From Marivita sp. (lineage in GTDB: Bacteria > Pseudomonadota > Alphaproteobacteria > Rhodobacterales > Rhodobacteraceae), in assembly GCA_043585105.1 (NCBI GenBank), contig CP121325.1, positions 2,893,299-2,957,298 on the forward strand: a DNA stretch of 64,000 bases. The letters run 5' to 3'. Each line of letters begins with the position of its first letter. Position 1 is the stretch's first letter. The notes beneath the pieces are model-generated. The model was not told where the DNA came from. It saw nothing but the letters and a program-made list of their open reading frames with translations, and did no database searches. The position numbers were made by a program, and so were the translations under genes. Positions 47,253-56,084 of this stretch are shown here, one piece after another.

Positions 47253-47882
47253 ATGTCGACACCGAAATTTATTGCAATCACAGCAGCAACTTGTCCCCCA
47301 GAAAGCAAATCAGCCGCCCTGGAAGATATGGCGCATTTTGCTCATGACTGCCGACAAAATGGTGCGGTTCGTGTCACCTATGGAAGCGTGATCTCAGGCC
47401 GCTATCCCGGAGCTTTGGTATTCGTTCAGTTCTTCGAGGATTTGCGAGGATTTGAGGAGATTATGAATATGATCCCTCAGTCCTCAGCATATTCGCGTTT
47501 GATCAACGACCACAGTGTAGCACCTTTTGCACGAAATATATTTCGAGGAAAACCGATCGAGTTCGAGCCACAGTTTGAACCCATGCCAAAGTATCTGATG
47601 CTGACAAGAGCACATCGCCGGACACTGGATGAAACAGCAATGTTGGATTTGCTCAACAAGACCGCGCCCATATTCAAATCATCAGGCGCCCAAACTATGC
47701 GCATGGGACAAACACTCACCGGTTCTGATCTTGGCACCTACATGCTGGGCGTAACCTATCCTGACATGTCGGCGATCGAAAGAACATACGACGCTTTGGC
47801 TGCCAGCCCTGAGTTTGGGCAACTGATGAACGGGCTTGAAATCGACATGCGTTCAATCACGAAGATTGCTGGCATCCTTTAG
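47253..47882 (+). CDS. Hypothetical protein with two tandem alpha/beta (NIPSNAP/ABM-like) repeats
   Basis: GGAGG RBS; internal duplication PKFIAIT...GA...G...G...EDL..FE and PKYLMLT...GA...G...G...PDM..IE. Confidence 0.7.
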   Translation: MSTPKFIAITAATCPPESKSAALEDMAHFAHDCRQNGAVRVTYGSVISGRYPGALVFVQFFEDLRGFEEIMNMIPQSSAYSRLINDHSVAPFARNIFRGKPIEFEPQFEPMPKYLMLTRAHRRTLDETAMLDLLNKTAPIFKSSGAQTMRMGQTLTGSDLGTYMLGVTYPDMSAIERTYDALAASPEFGQLMNGLEIDMRSITKIAGIL

Positions 47883-47917
47883 GCACAGTCGAAACTGACC
47901 GAGCGGAGGACAACAAT

Positions 47918-48304
47918 ATGCAAGACTTTATGCTCTACTTGGCGTTCTACGGGTTGATCGTCATTTTGGTAATCTTGGCACAAGTCTTAGCAGCGGCCCA
48001 ACAGGTCGGACTATCGACGCTTGCCGGAAATCGAGAAAATCTCGTTCTGACAGGGCTTGCAGGGCGATTGGAGCGCGCCACAAATAACTCGCTACTTGCA
48101 CTCGCTTTAATATCACCTGCCGTTCTGATGACCCACTTATCCGAATCTGCATCCAGTTTTTCTAATCAACTGATGCTATTTTTTCTGATCGCGCGCATTG
48201 CATACGTCGCACTCTACGCCCTCGGAATTGTTTGGTTGCGAACCGTTGCATGGCTAACGGCATTCACATGTACTGCCCTGCTGTATGTGGGATTGGCACT
48301 ATGA
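47918..48304 (+). CDS. MAPEG family membrane protein
   Basis: GGAGG RBS; GNRE, GRLERATNNS, FLIARIAY...Y..G..WLRT. Confidence 0.8.
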   Translation: MQDFMLYLAFYGLIVILVILAQVLAAAQQVGLSTLAGNRENLVLTGLAGRLERATNNSLLALALISPAVLMTHLSESASSFSNQLMLFFLIARIAYVALYALGIVWLRTVAWLTAFTCTALLYVGLAL

Positions 48305-48404
48305 CTTCTCGGGGACGCGTTCCAGCGAGTTCTTCGCAATCACTCAAGCTGCCTGAAAAGACATACTCCACGTAAATGAGCCGACTCTAAATAGGATATC
48401 CACT

Positions 48405-48752
48405 ATGCCAATAGAAGTAAAAACCTTCGCGTCTCAAGCCGACGAATCTAAGGACATGCCGAATGCACGCATGGAAGCCGTTAACGTGCTCGGTCAGCGT
48501 GTCATGAAGCTCACACTCGCACCAGATTGGAAATGGTCAAAGGACATCAAACCACTTGTGGGTACCCCTAGCTGCCAAGCGACGCACACTGGAGTCATCG
48601 TAGAAGGCACCATTCATTGTGTTTGCGACGATGGTTCGGAAGCCACCTACACTGCGGGTGACGCATATGCCATCTCCCCCAATCACGACGCTTGGTGTGT
48701 GGGCGGCAAACAAGCAGTTGTCTTTGAGTTTGCTGGCATGTGGGGAGAATGA
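48405..48752 (+). CDS. Cupin domain protein
   Basis: WKWSKDIKP.VGT.SCQ..H.G, GDAY.I.P.HDAW. Confidence 0.85.
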   Translation: MPIEVKTFASQADESKDMPNARMEAVNVLGQRVMKLTLAPDWKWSKDIKPLVGTPSCQATHTGVIVEGTIHCVCDDGSEATYTAGDAYAISPNHDAWCVGGKQAVVFEFAGMWGE

Positions 48753-48755
48753 GGG

Positions 48756-49085
48756 ATGTCGCTCTACAAAAAAATCAAAGTCGCTCAGGATAATAAAGAC
48801 ATTGAAGGTTATTTGGATTGTTTGCATGAGGACTTCGTTTTTGTTCGGCATCAGTCTGGTACAGAGGTTAGCAAATCGGACTGGATGCCCACATTAACGG
48901 CGATGATGGAAAGCGATGCGTTGAGCTTCAACAACCAACGGTGTATCTATGAAAACAATGAGATCATGGTTGAGCACTCACTTATGACTTTCCCAGATGG
49001 GACATCAGAAGCCGTGATGGTCGTCAACCTGCTCAAAGACGGAAAAATCATACGAACCGAAACTGGTGCAACTCCCATCACGTGA
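48756..49085 (+). CDS. NTF2-like / SnoaL-like protein
   Basis: LHEDFVFVRH, RCIYEN, KDGKIIRTETGAT. Confidence 0.8.
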   Translation: MSLYKKIKVAQDNKDIEGYLDCLHEDFVFVRHQSGTEVSKSDWMPTLTAMMESDALSFNNQRCIYENNEIMVEHSLMTFPDGTSEAVMVVNLLKDGKIIRTETGATPIT

Positions 49086-49113
49086 TTTGAGAAAAGCATA
49101 AGGAGACACACTC

Positions 49114-49437
49114 ATGCCAATGCTCGCGCTATGCTTGCCAATTTTGCCAGGCAAGATGGAAAAATGGCAAGCGATGATGGATCACATAAAATCCACATCC
49201 GAATTCTCAAAATCAAGGGAAGCAGCCGGTGTACATGAAAGAACCTTTTTGCAGCGGACGCCGGCAGGCGATTTATTAATCATAACATTGGAAGGTAATG
49301 ATCCAGCTGCGAGTTGGGTAGAAATTATGTCAACAATGCCCGCTGAATTTATTGAGTTTGCAACAGACGTTCATGGATTGGATGTCAACGCATCACCGCC
49401 ACCACTACCTGAATTAATATTCGACAGTCGGCCTTAA
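49114..49437 (+). CDS. Small hypothetical protein (probable ferredoxin-like alpha/beta fold)
   Basis: AGGAG RBS; PILPGK, SR..AGV.ERTFLQ.TP.GD. Confidence 0.7.
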   Translation: MPMLALCLPILPGKMEKWQAMMDHIKSTSEFSKSREAAGVHERTFLQRTPAGDLLIITLEGNDPAASWVEIMSTMPAEFIEFATDVHGLDVNASPPPLPELIFDSRP

Positions 49438-49758
49438 AACAGGGAAAGAAAAAGCAGCAATTCAGGATACATTCACAAATATTGGCATAGCTATGCCACT
49501 CAAAATTCGAGATGGTTAAGCATCCTTAGAGTTTCGTTGCGTCTATGGCAGAGAACATCAAGCGCCATGAACCATTAATGCAGAAATTTTCTCTGAAAAC
49601 AGACGTTGTTAATATGAAAAGCAAGGTGTGGTGAAAATGCATTCCGTTATATAAATTCCGAATTCACTAAAGACGCCTTTTTTATTACGTTCGAAAGGAA
49701 TATGGACTGATGCGAAAAATAAAAACTGGCTACACGCCAATCAAGTAGGGAGAAATTT

Positions 49759-50043
49759 ATGTCGAAGAAGTTGAGTATTGTCAGATTCAAACCGAAGCCT
49801 GAGTGTTTTGATGAGTTTCTTCAAAACATCCAAGACTGGCACGATCAGGTCTTTTCAGACGGCAACCATCGCCTAATGCGGACTGACGAAGAAGTTGTTG
49901 CGATTGTCGTAAGAGACAGCGAAACGCTTCAAGATAACATCACACGTGGCGTAGCTTGGTTAGACAACCAAAGGCCACTTTTGCAGGAGTATAATGAAGT
50001 AGATCGCCACACCTTGCCGATGACAGGTGATCTGGTGGTATGA
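49759..50043 (+). CDS. Small hypothetical protein (ABM-like)
   Basis: GGGAG RBS; IVRFKPKPE.FDEF..., WLD..R..L. Confidence 0.65.
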   Translation: MSKKLSIVRFKPKPECFDEFLQNIQDWHDQVFSDGNHRLMRTDEEVVAIVVRDSETLQDNITRGVAWLDNQRPLLQEYNEVDRHTLPMTGDLVV

Positions 50044-50191
50044 CGATTCACACGAGGAAAGGGGCATCTTCAGCTGCGCGGCCAGCGGCATAAAGTGCTA
50101 TGCAATCCGTGAATCCTCTTTGGCTCAGCCGGCCGCGCAGAGTTTGAAGCTCTGCGTACCGATCGTAAAGCGCAGTTCTTCTTACAAGGCC

Positions 50192-50355
50192 GGGACATGT
50201 CGCGTTTTAGTGCCGCTCCAGTTTCTCACTTAAGCGACCTTTCGTTCGAAGGCCAATGGGCTTTTCCAGCCCAAGGCTGAATGCCTTCGATGTGGATTGC
50301 AGAAGCCGTTGATGTATTCGAAGATGGCCATCTCAGCGCTGCGGCGCGTTTGGTA
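50192..50355 (-). mobile_element. IS3 family remnant (transposase C-terminus plus degenerate terminal IR)
   Basis: RRSAEMAIFEYINGFCNPHRRHSALGWKSPLAFERKVA-stop, followed by an IR-like GGGACATGTCGCGTTTTAGTGCCGCTCCA (plus strand). Confidence 0.8.
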
Positions 50356-50433
50356 GAGCATGGGACACACCAATTGAAAAAACAAACACCGCCGTTTCCA
50401 GGGACTCAAGAGAAACCCGTTTTGCTCGTTGCG

Positions 50434-51294
50434 ATGCCGCACATTACTTTGCATCAAGCCAGTTATTTCGAGCTCAAGCCAGACCAAGCCGTGACGTTTT
50501 CAGCAGCAAACCCCGTGCGTGCAGCGACCTTGCCAGCGGGGCAAAAACTTTATCGTGTGTTTGGAGGGCAGATAGCCAAGGCCAAGGGTGCATTTTGGGC
50601 CCCAGAGCCTCCTGCAAAGGATGCAACCGAAGGGGATTGGCGCAGTTTAAACGCAGTTGAACCTATCTGGAATGCCGGTACTCACGTGGCCGAGATGACA
50701 ATCCAAGAGGATTGTACACTGCAGACTTGGTTTGGTGAGATTGGGTCGCAACCTGCTCGTAGCGAAAAAGGTATAATCAAGGATTGGTGGCTTGTAGGCG
50801 GCGGTCAGCAGTATTTTCTACAATCCTGGACACCTGCTTTCGATGATGCGGTTACAATCAAGACCTTGGGCAACACGCCATGGTCCGATGCCCTCCTGCA
50901 CAAAACGACAATGCCTAAGACGGAAATTGCCATAAATTTTACGCCCAGCGAAGGAAATTTCGCAGTACAGGCTCACGCCCACGTCTCCGTTTTGTCCAAC
51001 CTTACGGACGCTCTACGATTGGTGGCGAAATCTGCCGATGACATGGATGCGGCTTCGACCATGGCCGAAGCAGCGAACACCGTGGCGTCATTCGCTAACA
51101 TCTTGCTGGCAGATGTGGAGCAGGATCCGAAGGCGGTAGAGGCTGCCATTCGGGCCAATCTGCATCTAGGTCGCCACATCGAGATTGACCCGACGCTTGC
51201 CCATGCTTCTAAAGCAATCGAGGCGTTGCAAACCGTAATCCACCATGCTGCGACGATAAGCCATCACCCAAAGCGAAATGCTACGACGACCTGA
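50434..51294 (+). CDS. Hypothetical protein: N-terminal ART/TNT-like toxin domain plus helical C-terminal domain
   Basis: LYRVFGG...GAFW...WRS..AV...WN...W.G.I.SQ...LVGGGQQY; the frame opens at 50281 but that part overlaps the IS3 remnant, so start is uncertain. Confidence 0.55.
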   Translation: MPHITLHQASYFELKPDQAVTFSAANPVRAATLPAGQKLYRVFGGQIAKAKGAFWAPEPPAKDATEGDWRSLNAVEPIWNAGTHVAEMTIQEDCTLQTWFGEIGSQPARSEKGIIKDWWLVGGGQQYFLQSWTPAFDDAVTIKTLGNTPWSDALLHKTTMPKTEIAINFTPSEGNFAVQAHAHVSVLSNLTDALRLVAKSADDMDAASTMAEAANTVASFANILLADVEQDPKAVEAAIRANLHLGRHIEIDPTLAHASKAIEALQTVIHHAATISHHPKRNATTT

Positions 51295-51382
51295 TTTATA
51301 TGCGGCGAACACATTTTTCGCCAGGTACCCAAAAGAAGAAAGGTCCCGCAGGGGGTCTCGTCTCGGGTTCGCGAATGGTGTG

Positions 51383-51472
51383 TGGCGGACAGGAAGGGAT
51401 TCGAACCCTCGAGACGGTCTCCCGCCTACGCACTTTCCAGGCGCGCGCCTTCGACCACTCGGCCACCTGTCC
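51383..51472 (-). tRNA. tRNA-Ser(GGA)
   Basis: GGACAGGTGGCCGAGTGGTCGAAGGC...CTGGAAA...long variable arm...GGTTCGAATCC...CCGCCA, 90 nt. Confidence 0.97.
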
Positions 51473-51540
51473 GAGGCGGTGTTTAGAAGAAAGCATTGGG
51501 GGGATGCAAGGGCGATTGTTGCGTAAAGTCACAACTTTCT

Positions 51541-51915
51541 TCAATGGTTCCGTATTCGGGACCATAGCCACAGAAAAACAAGGGCAACGGCGATTTCTAG
51601 GGCGGCTGCACCAAGGATCGTCGGACGGGCGGTCCCGACGATCCAGGCTTGAACGCCGGTTGCTGCCACGCCGAGAAAGGCAAATGCCGAGATCAGACTA
51701 AGCGTTCCAACAAACGGCCCCTGCTCAAGCTTGCGCGCACAGATCAGAACGACACCCAGTGCCAACACGGCAGGCGCAAAGCGCTGTGCCGGAAAATTCA
51801 TTTCTGCCGCATAGGCAACAGCATAGAGCTGAAAGTAACTTGCCGGCGCGAATAACAGCGCCAGCCCAATGAGGATCACAAATCCGCCGACCACCAAGAA
51901 TACACTGCGGTGCAT
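51541..51915 (-). CDS. Small 4-TM membrane protein
   Basis: Four hydrophobic segments; start overlaps the alaX stop. Confidence 0.7.
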   Translation of the reverse strand: MHRSVFLVVGGFVILIGLALLFAPASYFQLYAVAYAAEMNFPAQRFAPAVLALGVVLICARKLEQGPFVGTLSLISAFAFLGVAATGVQAWIVGTARPTILGAAALEIAVALVFLWLWSRIRNH

Positions 51916-52643
51916 TACGCCTCCAAAGAAATGTTCACCCGACGGTTCTGCTTGCCCTTGTTCTCGATCTTACCGAACACAACACGCCCTATCTCTCCGG
52001 TGCGGGCCACATGAGTGCCGCCGCAAGGTTGCAGGTCAACCTGATCTCCACCCTCTCCGATCCGCACGAGGCGCACCCGACCGCTGCCTCGGGGCGGCTG
52101 CACGGACATGGTTTTCACAAGCGATGGGTTTGCATCCAAATCGGCATCGGTAATCCAGCTGTCCGTCACGAGAAGATCTCGGTCAATCAAGCGGTTCAGC
52201 TCGTCTTCCAAGGCATCCCGGTCTTCTGGTGGCTCTGGCATCATGAAATCCAGACGCCCACGTCCTGCGCCAATTGCGCCGCCGGTTACGGGCAGAGGAA
52301 TGACCACTGACAAAAGATGCAAGGCGGTGTGCACGCGCATATGTTTGTGGCGGCGATCCCAATCAAGCCGCTGCACCACATGCGCCCCAATCGGCGGCAA
52401 ACGGGTGGGTTCGGCGGGCACCAAAACGCTCTCAGTACCTAACCCCTTAACCGTGGTGGCAATCGCGAGCGATGTGCCGTCCCAATCGATCCAGCCGCTA
52501 TCCCCGGGTTGCCCGCCCCCTGTTGGATAGAACAACGCCGTATCCAACACGACGCCTCCCTCTTCGGTATGGGACACAACCCGGGCCGTAACCTCTCGGG
52601 CATAGGCATCAGTTCGAAAGAGGGGGTCCAAGTGGTCGGTCAC
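51915..52643 (-). CDS. alaX: Alanyl-tRNA editing protein (AlaX)
   Basis: FYPTGGGQPGD, HTALH, QPCGGTH. Confidence 0.9.
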   Translation of the reverse strand: MTDHLDPLFRTDAYAREVTARVVSHTEEGGVVLDTALFYPTGGGQPGDSGWIDWDGTSLAIATTVKGLGTESVLVPAEPTRLPPIGAHVVQRLDWDRRHKHMRVHTALHLLSVVIPLPVTGGAIGAGRGRLDFMMPEPPEDRDALEDELNRLIDRDLLVTDSWITDADLDANPSLVKTMSVQPPRGSGRVRLVRIGEGGDQVDLQPCGGTHVARTGEIGRVVFGKIENKGKQNRRVNISLEA

Positions 52644-55000
52644 GATGTCGGCTCCTCAGGGTCGGTGCGACGTTCCTGTGTGGGGCGCGCACCGGGCAAA
52701 GCCTCGGGGTTACGCAGCCAAATGTCGCGCTGAGCGAAGGGGATCTCGACACCTTCGCGTTTGAACGCTTCGTTGATCTGATGGTTCACTTCCGTGCGGA
52801 CAACCAGAATTTTGGTGACATCCCGCAGGATCATACGCACATCAAAATCAAGTGAATCTGCACCAAACCCTTTGAAATGCACGAAGGGTTCCGGGTTCAT
52901 CAGCACCATCTCGTGATTGCGGGCGATCTTGTAGAGAATGTCCTCGACCTTGCGCGTGTCGCTTCCGTAAGCCACGCCCACCTCGACAACCAGACGGCCC
53001 AGAGTGTTGCCTCGGGTGTAATTTGTCACCGAATTCGACACGAGGTCCGCATTCGGAACAATCACCTCTGTCCGGTCGAAGGTCTCGATCCGGGTCGATC
53101 GCACAGAGATATCGCGCACCGTGCCGTGCTGACCATTCACTTCGATCCAGTCACCTTCCGAAATCGGCCGCTCGATCAGCAGAATGATCCCGGACACGAA
53201 ATTCTGCACGATGTTCTGAAGGCCAAAACCGATCCCGACCGACAACGCGCCAGCGACAAAGGCCAGAGCCGTCAGATCAATTCCGGCCGCAGTGATCGCA
53301 ATGATGGCTGACAGGAAAATGCCCAGGTAGCCCGTGCCCGAAACGATTGCGGTTTGCCCCCCTTTGTCGAGGCGCGTTTTGGGTAAAACTGATCCGCGGA
53401 GCCCACCTTGCAGAAGCCGGGTCAGGATATAGCCGATTGCAAATACAGCCGCGAAAGTCAGAAAATCCGTCGGCGAAATCTGTGTATCGCCAAACGAGAA
53501 CCCCGCCTGAAAGCGCGCCCAAAGTTCGGTCAGATCGGCCACCCGTGCGCCCCAGATCAGCGCGAGCACTGGCAAAGCCGCTATTGTTAGAAGACTTCCG
53601 GTTACAACCGGCAGAAGGCTCTGATTTTCGTCAAGCGGCTTGCCGCTGAACAGATGGTACAGGTCGCGAGTCAGGCGTTGCAGGATCAAAAGAAATGCGA
53701 ACAGGCCCAACGTGACGATGGTCGGGAAAATCAAGGCGAAGGCAATGTTGAAATAGCCGATGGCCGAAAGCAAAGGCCCAGCGACCCCAACAAACATCGC
53801 GCCCTGCCCCGCCAGCCGAGCCAGCCGAGACGGGAACGACAACGGCATAGGTTCACCCTGCGCCTCGGCATCAGGGGAAACTTGGGGCCCGGTACGACGC
53901 AGGATCTGCCCGAGGCGGAACAGGATCAAACCGCACAGCAAATGGATCACAAATCCCAGAACGGCCTTTGTCTCCTCCGCCCATTCCCCGATCTCGATCA
54001 GATAGGCAAAGAGCGCATTCACCGCGAGCAGCAATGACAGCGAGTTCACATAGTAGCGCGCTTCTGTCCGGCGTTGCTGCGAGAGCGGGATCGTGTTGAT
54101 GCCATCATCGCTGGAAAAAGTCTCAGCCGCGAGCCATCGCGCGACAAGCACCACAAACAGCATCAAGGGCAGAACGAAGATAATCTGAGTGCCCCGCGTA
54201 CCGAGCATATTGCTTATGTTGGCAGCCAGCACGACGATCAGCAGACCGCCTGTGGGCAGCGTCAGCCGCAAAAGCGACAAGAGTGTGCTCCATACGCCGG
54301 TGCCGCGTCGCGTCTTCGACCTTAACCATGCGCCCAGCCGGTCAATCAGCCTGGGCGCACGAAACAACAAAAGCAGAGCTGCAGCGAGCAGCGCTAGAAT
54401 TGCTGGCAACTGGTCCACAAGCGCTTGTCGCCTCACTTGGTTTCCCAAGTTGGTTTTCACCTCACTGGCGATCTCTTGGAATGGTACGAACAGACTGGTG
54501 ATCGCAGGGCCCCATAGGCGCGGATCCAGTGGCTCGGGGTCGCGTTGCAAAAGGCGCTCTGTCTCACGTGAACGAATGATCTCGTCGATCGCGTTGATCA
54601 ACCCATCTGCACGATTATAGGCTTCCACGACGCGCAATAGTGGTGCCTGAAGTTGGCTGATCCGGGCCAGCAATTCCTGCCTGCGCTGCGCGATCTCTTC
54701 TGGTTCAGAACCATCCTCGGATAGAATTCCTAGCGCATCTAGCTGCGATTGAAGTGTGGCCAGCCGCGGATCGCCGGCATTCTGCAATCCCAACAGCTGG
54801 TCGCGATACGACGAAAGATCAGAGCGCAGGGTCTCTAGTGCCTCGGTCGACACATCCCCGGACTCGATAGCTGCTTCCGCGCGGGTCGCGACCTGCTCCC
54901 ACGCGATGTAATCCCATTGGTCGGTTTGCGCGCAGACGACCGATGCCGCGAGCAGGAAAAAGAACGTTGCCGCCCGAAGCGCTGCGAACAGCCGGATCAT
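52640..55000 (-). CDS. Large MscS-family mechanosensitive channel (DUF3772-type N-terminus)
   Basis: GALSVGIGFGLQNIVQNFVSGIILL, GDWI, ISVRST, VPN, EIPFAQRD. Confidence 0.9.
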   Translation of the reverse strand: MIRLFAALRAATFFFLLAASVVCAQTDQWDYIAWEQVATRAEAAIESGDVSTEALETLRSDLSSYRDQLLGLQNAGDPRLATLQSQLDALGILSEDGSEPEEIAQRRQELLARISQLQAPLLRVVEAYNRADGLINAIDEIIRSRETERLLQRDPEPLDPRLWGPAITSLFVPFQEIASEVKTNLGNQVRRQALVDQLPAILALLAAALLLLFRAPRLIDRLGAWLRSKTRRGTGVWSTLLSLLRLTLPTGGLLIVVLAANISNMLGTRGTQIIFVLPLMLFVVLVARWLAAETFSSDDGINTIPLSQQRRTEARYYVNSLSLLLAVNALFAYLIEIGEWAEETKAVLGFVIHLLCGLILFRLGQILRRTGPQVSPDAEAQGEPMPLSFPSRLARLAGQGAMFVGVAGPLLSAIGYFNIAFALIFPTIVTLGLFAFLLILQRLTRDLYHLFSGKPLDENQSLLPVVTGSLLTIAALPVLALIWGARVADLTELWARFQAGFSFGDTQISPTDFLTFAAVFAIGYILTRLLQGGLRGSVLPKTRLDKGGQTAIVSGTGYLGIFLSAIIAITAAGIDLTALAFVAGALSVGIGFGLQNIVQNFVSGIILLIERPISEGDWIEVNGQHGTVRDISVRSTRIETFDRTEVIVPNADLVSNSVTNYTRGNTLGRLVVEVGVAYGSDTRKVEDILYKIARNHEMVLMNPEPFVHFKGFGADSLDFDVRMILRDVTKILVVRTEVNHQINEAFKREGVEIPFAQRDIWLRNPEALPGARPTQERRTDPEEPTS

Positions 55001-56031
55001 ACGTCCTCAAAAACCTTGGGAATATCCAATGGTGCCGCATCAAGCCATTCGGGCACCGGCAGACCCTTTTCCTTAAGGAACGCCGGGTTGAACAGCTTGG
55101 ACTGATAACGCGTGCCATAGTCACACAGGATCGTCACGATGGTGTGGCCCGGCCCAAGTTCCTTGGCCAGACGCATCGCACCCGCGATGTTGATGCCGGA
55201 CGACCCACCCAGACAAAGGCCTTCGTCGGCCAGAAGATCGAACACGATCGGGAGCGCTTCATCATCGGGGATCTGATAGGCAAAGTCAGGTTTGAACCCT
55301 TCAAGGTTCGCCGTCACGCGTCCCTGCCCGATCCCTTCAGTGATCGAACCACCTTCGGATTTAAATTCACCGGTGGTGTAGTAGGAATAGAGCGCAGCGC
55401 CCATAGGATCGGCCAGACCGATTTTTACGCCTTTTGACTGCAACGCTTCGGCAACGCCAGCCAGTGTTCCCCCAGAACCGACGGCACAGATGAACCCATC
55501 AACCTTACCGTCTGTCTGATCCCAAATCTCGGGCCCGGTGGTTTCGATATGCGCCTGACGGTTCGCCACGTTGTCGAACTGATTGGCCCAGATCACACCT
55601 TCATTGCTTCGCCGCGCCATCTCTTCGGCCAGACGACCAGAATAGCGAACGTAATTGTTCGGGTTCCTATAGGGCGCCGCAGGAACCTCAACCAACTCTG
55701 CACCCGCAAGGCGCAGCATGTCCTTCTTTTCCTGACTCTGGGTCTCAGGGATCACGATCACCGTCTTAAAGCCCATCGACGCACCAACAAGAGCAAGTCC
55801 GATTCCGGTGTTGCCCGCCGTGCCTTCGACAATCGTTCCGCCCGGCTTAAGCGTGCCTTTGGCGATGGCGTCTTTGATGATGAACAGCGCCGCGCGGTCC
55901 TTGACCGATTGGCCCGGGTTCAAGAACTCGGCCTTGCCCAGAATGTTGCACCCCGTCGCTTCGCTGGCCTTGCGCAGCTTGATCAAAGGAGTGTTGCCGA
56001 CTGCTTCGGCCAGTTCGCCTGCAAAACGCAT
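54997..56031 (-). CDS. cysK: Cysteine synthase
   Basis: GNTPL, NPGQSVKDR, TAGNTG, GSGGT, EGIG, LCDYGTRY. Confidence 0.92.
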   Translation of the reverse strand: MRFAGELAEAVGNTPLIKLRKASEATGCNILGKAEFLNPGQSVKDRAALFIIKDAIAKGTLKPGGTIVEGTAGNTGIGLALVGASMGFKTVIVIPETQSQEKKDMLRLAGAELVEVPAAPYRNPNNYVRYSGRLAEEMARRSNEGVIWANQFDNVANRQAHIETTGPEIWDQTDGKVDGFICAVGSGGTLAGVAEALQSKGVKIGLADPMGAALYSYYTTGEFKSEGGSITEGIGQGRVTANLEGFKPDFAYQIPDDEALPIVFDLLADEGLCLGGSSGINIAGAMRLAKELGPGHTIVTILCDYGTRYQSKLFNPAFLKEKGLPVPEWLDAAPLDIPKVFEDV

Positions 56032-56084
56032 GGTGCCCCCGTCAGATGTGTTTCATCTGGGTGTAGGCCTGCCGACGGCGGAAC

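Noticed and set aside
49483-49498. Sigma-54 promoter in the TGGCA...TGC palindrome
   Set aside because: GG-to-GC spacing is 9 nt, not the required 10
47253-50043. Integron cassette array interpretation of the small-gene cluster
   Set aside because: No repeated attC-like spacers (RYYYAAC...GTTRRRY) and no integrase seen; several gaps are only 3-35 bp
50281-50433. N-terminal 51 aa of the 337-aa ORF
   Set aside because: The first half is the antisense of the IS3 remnant, so it is unlikely to be true coding sequence
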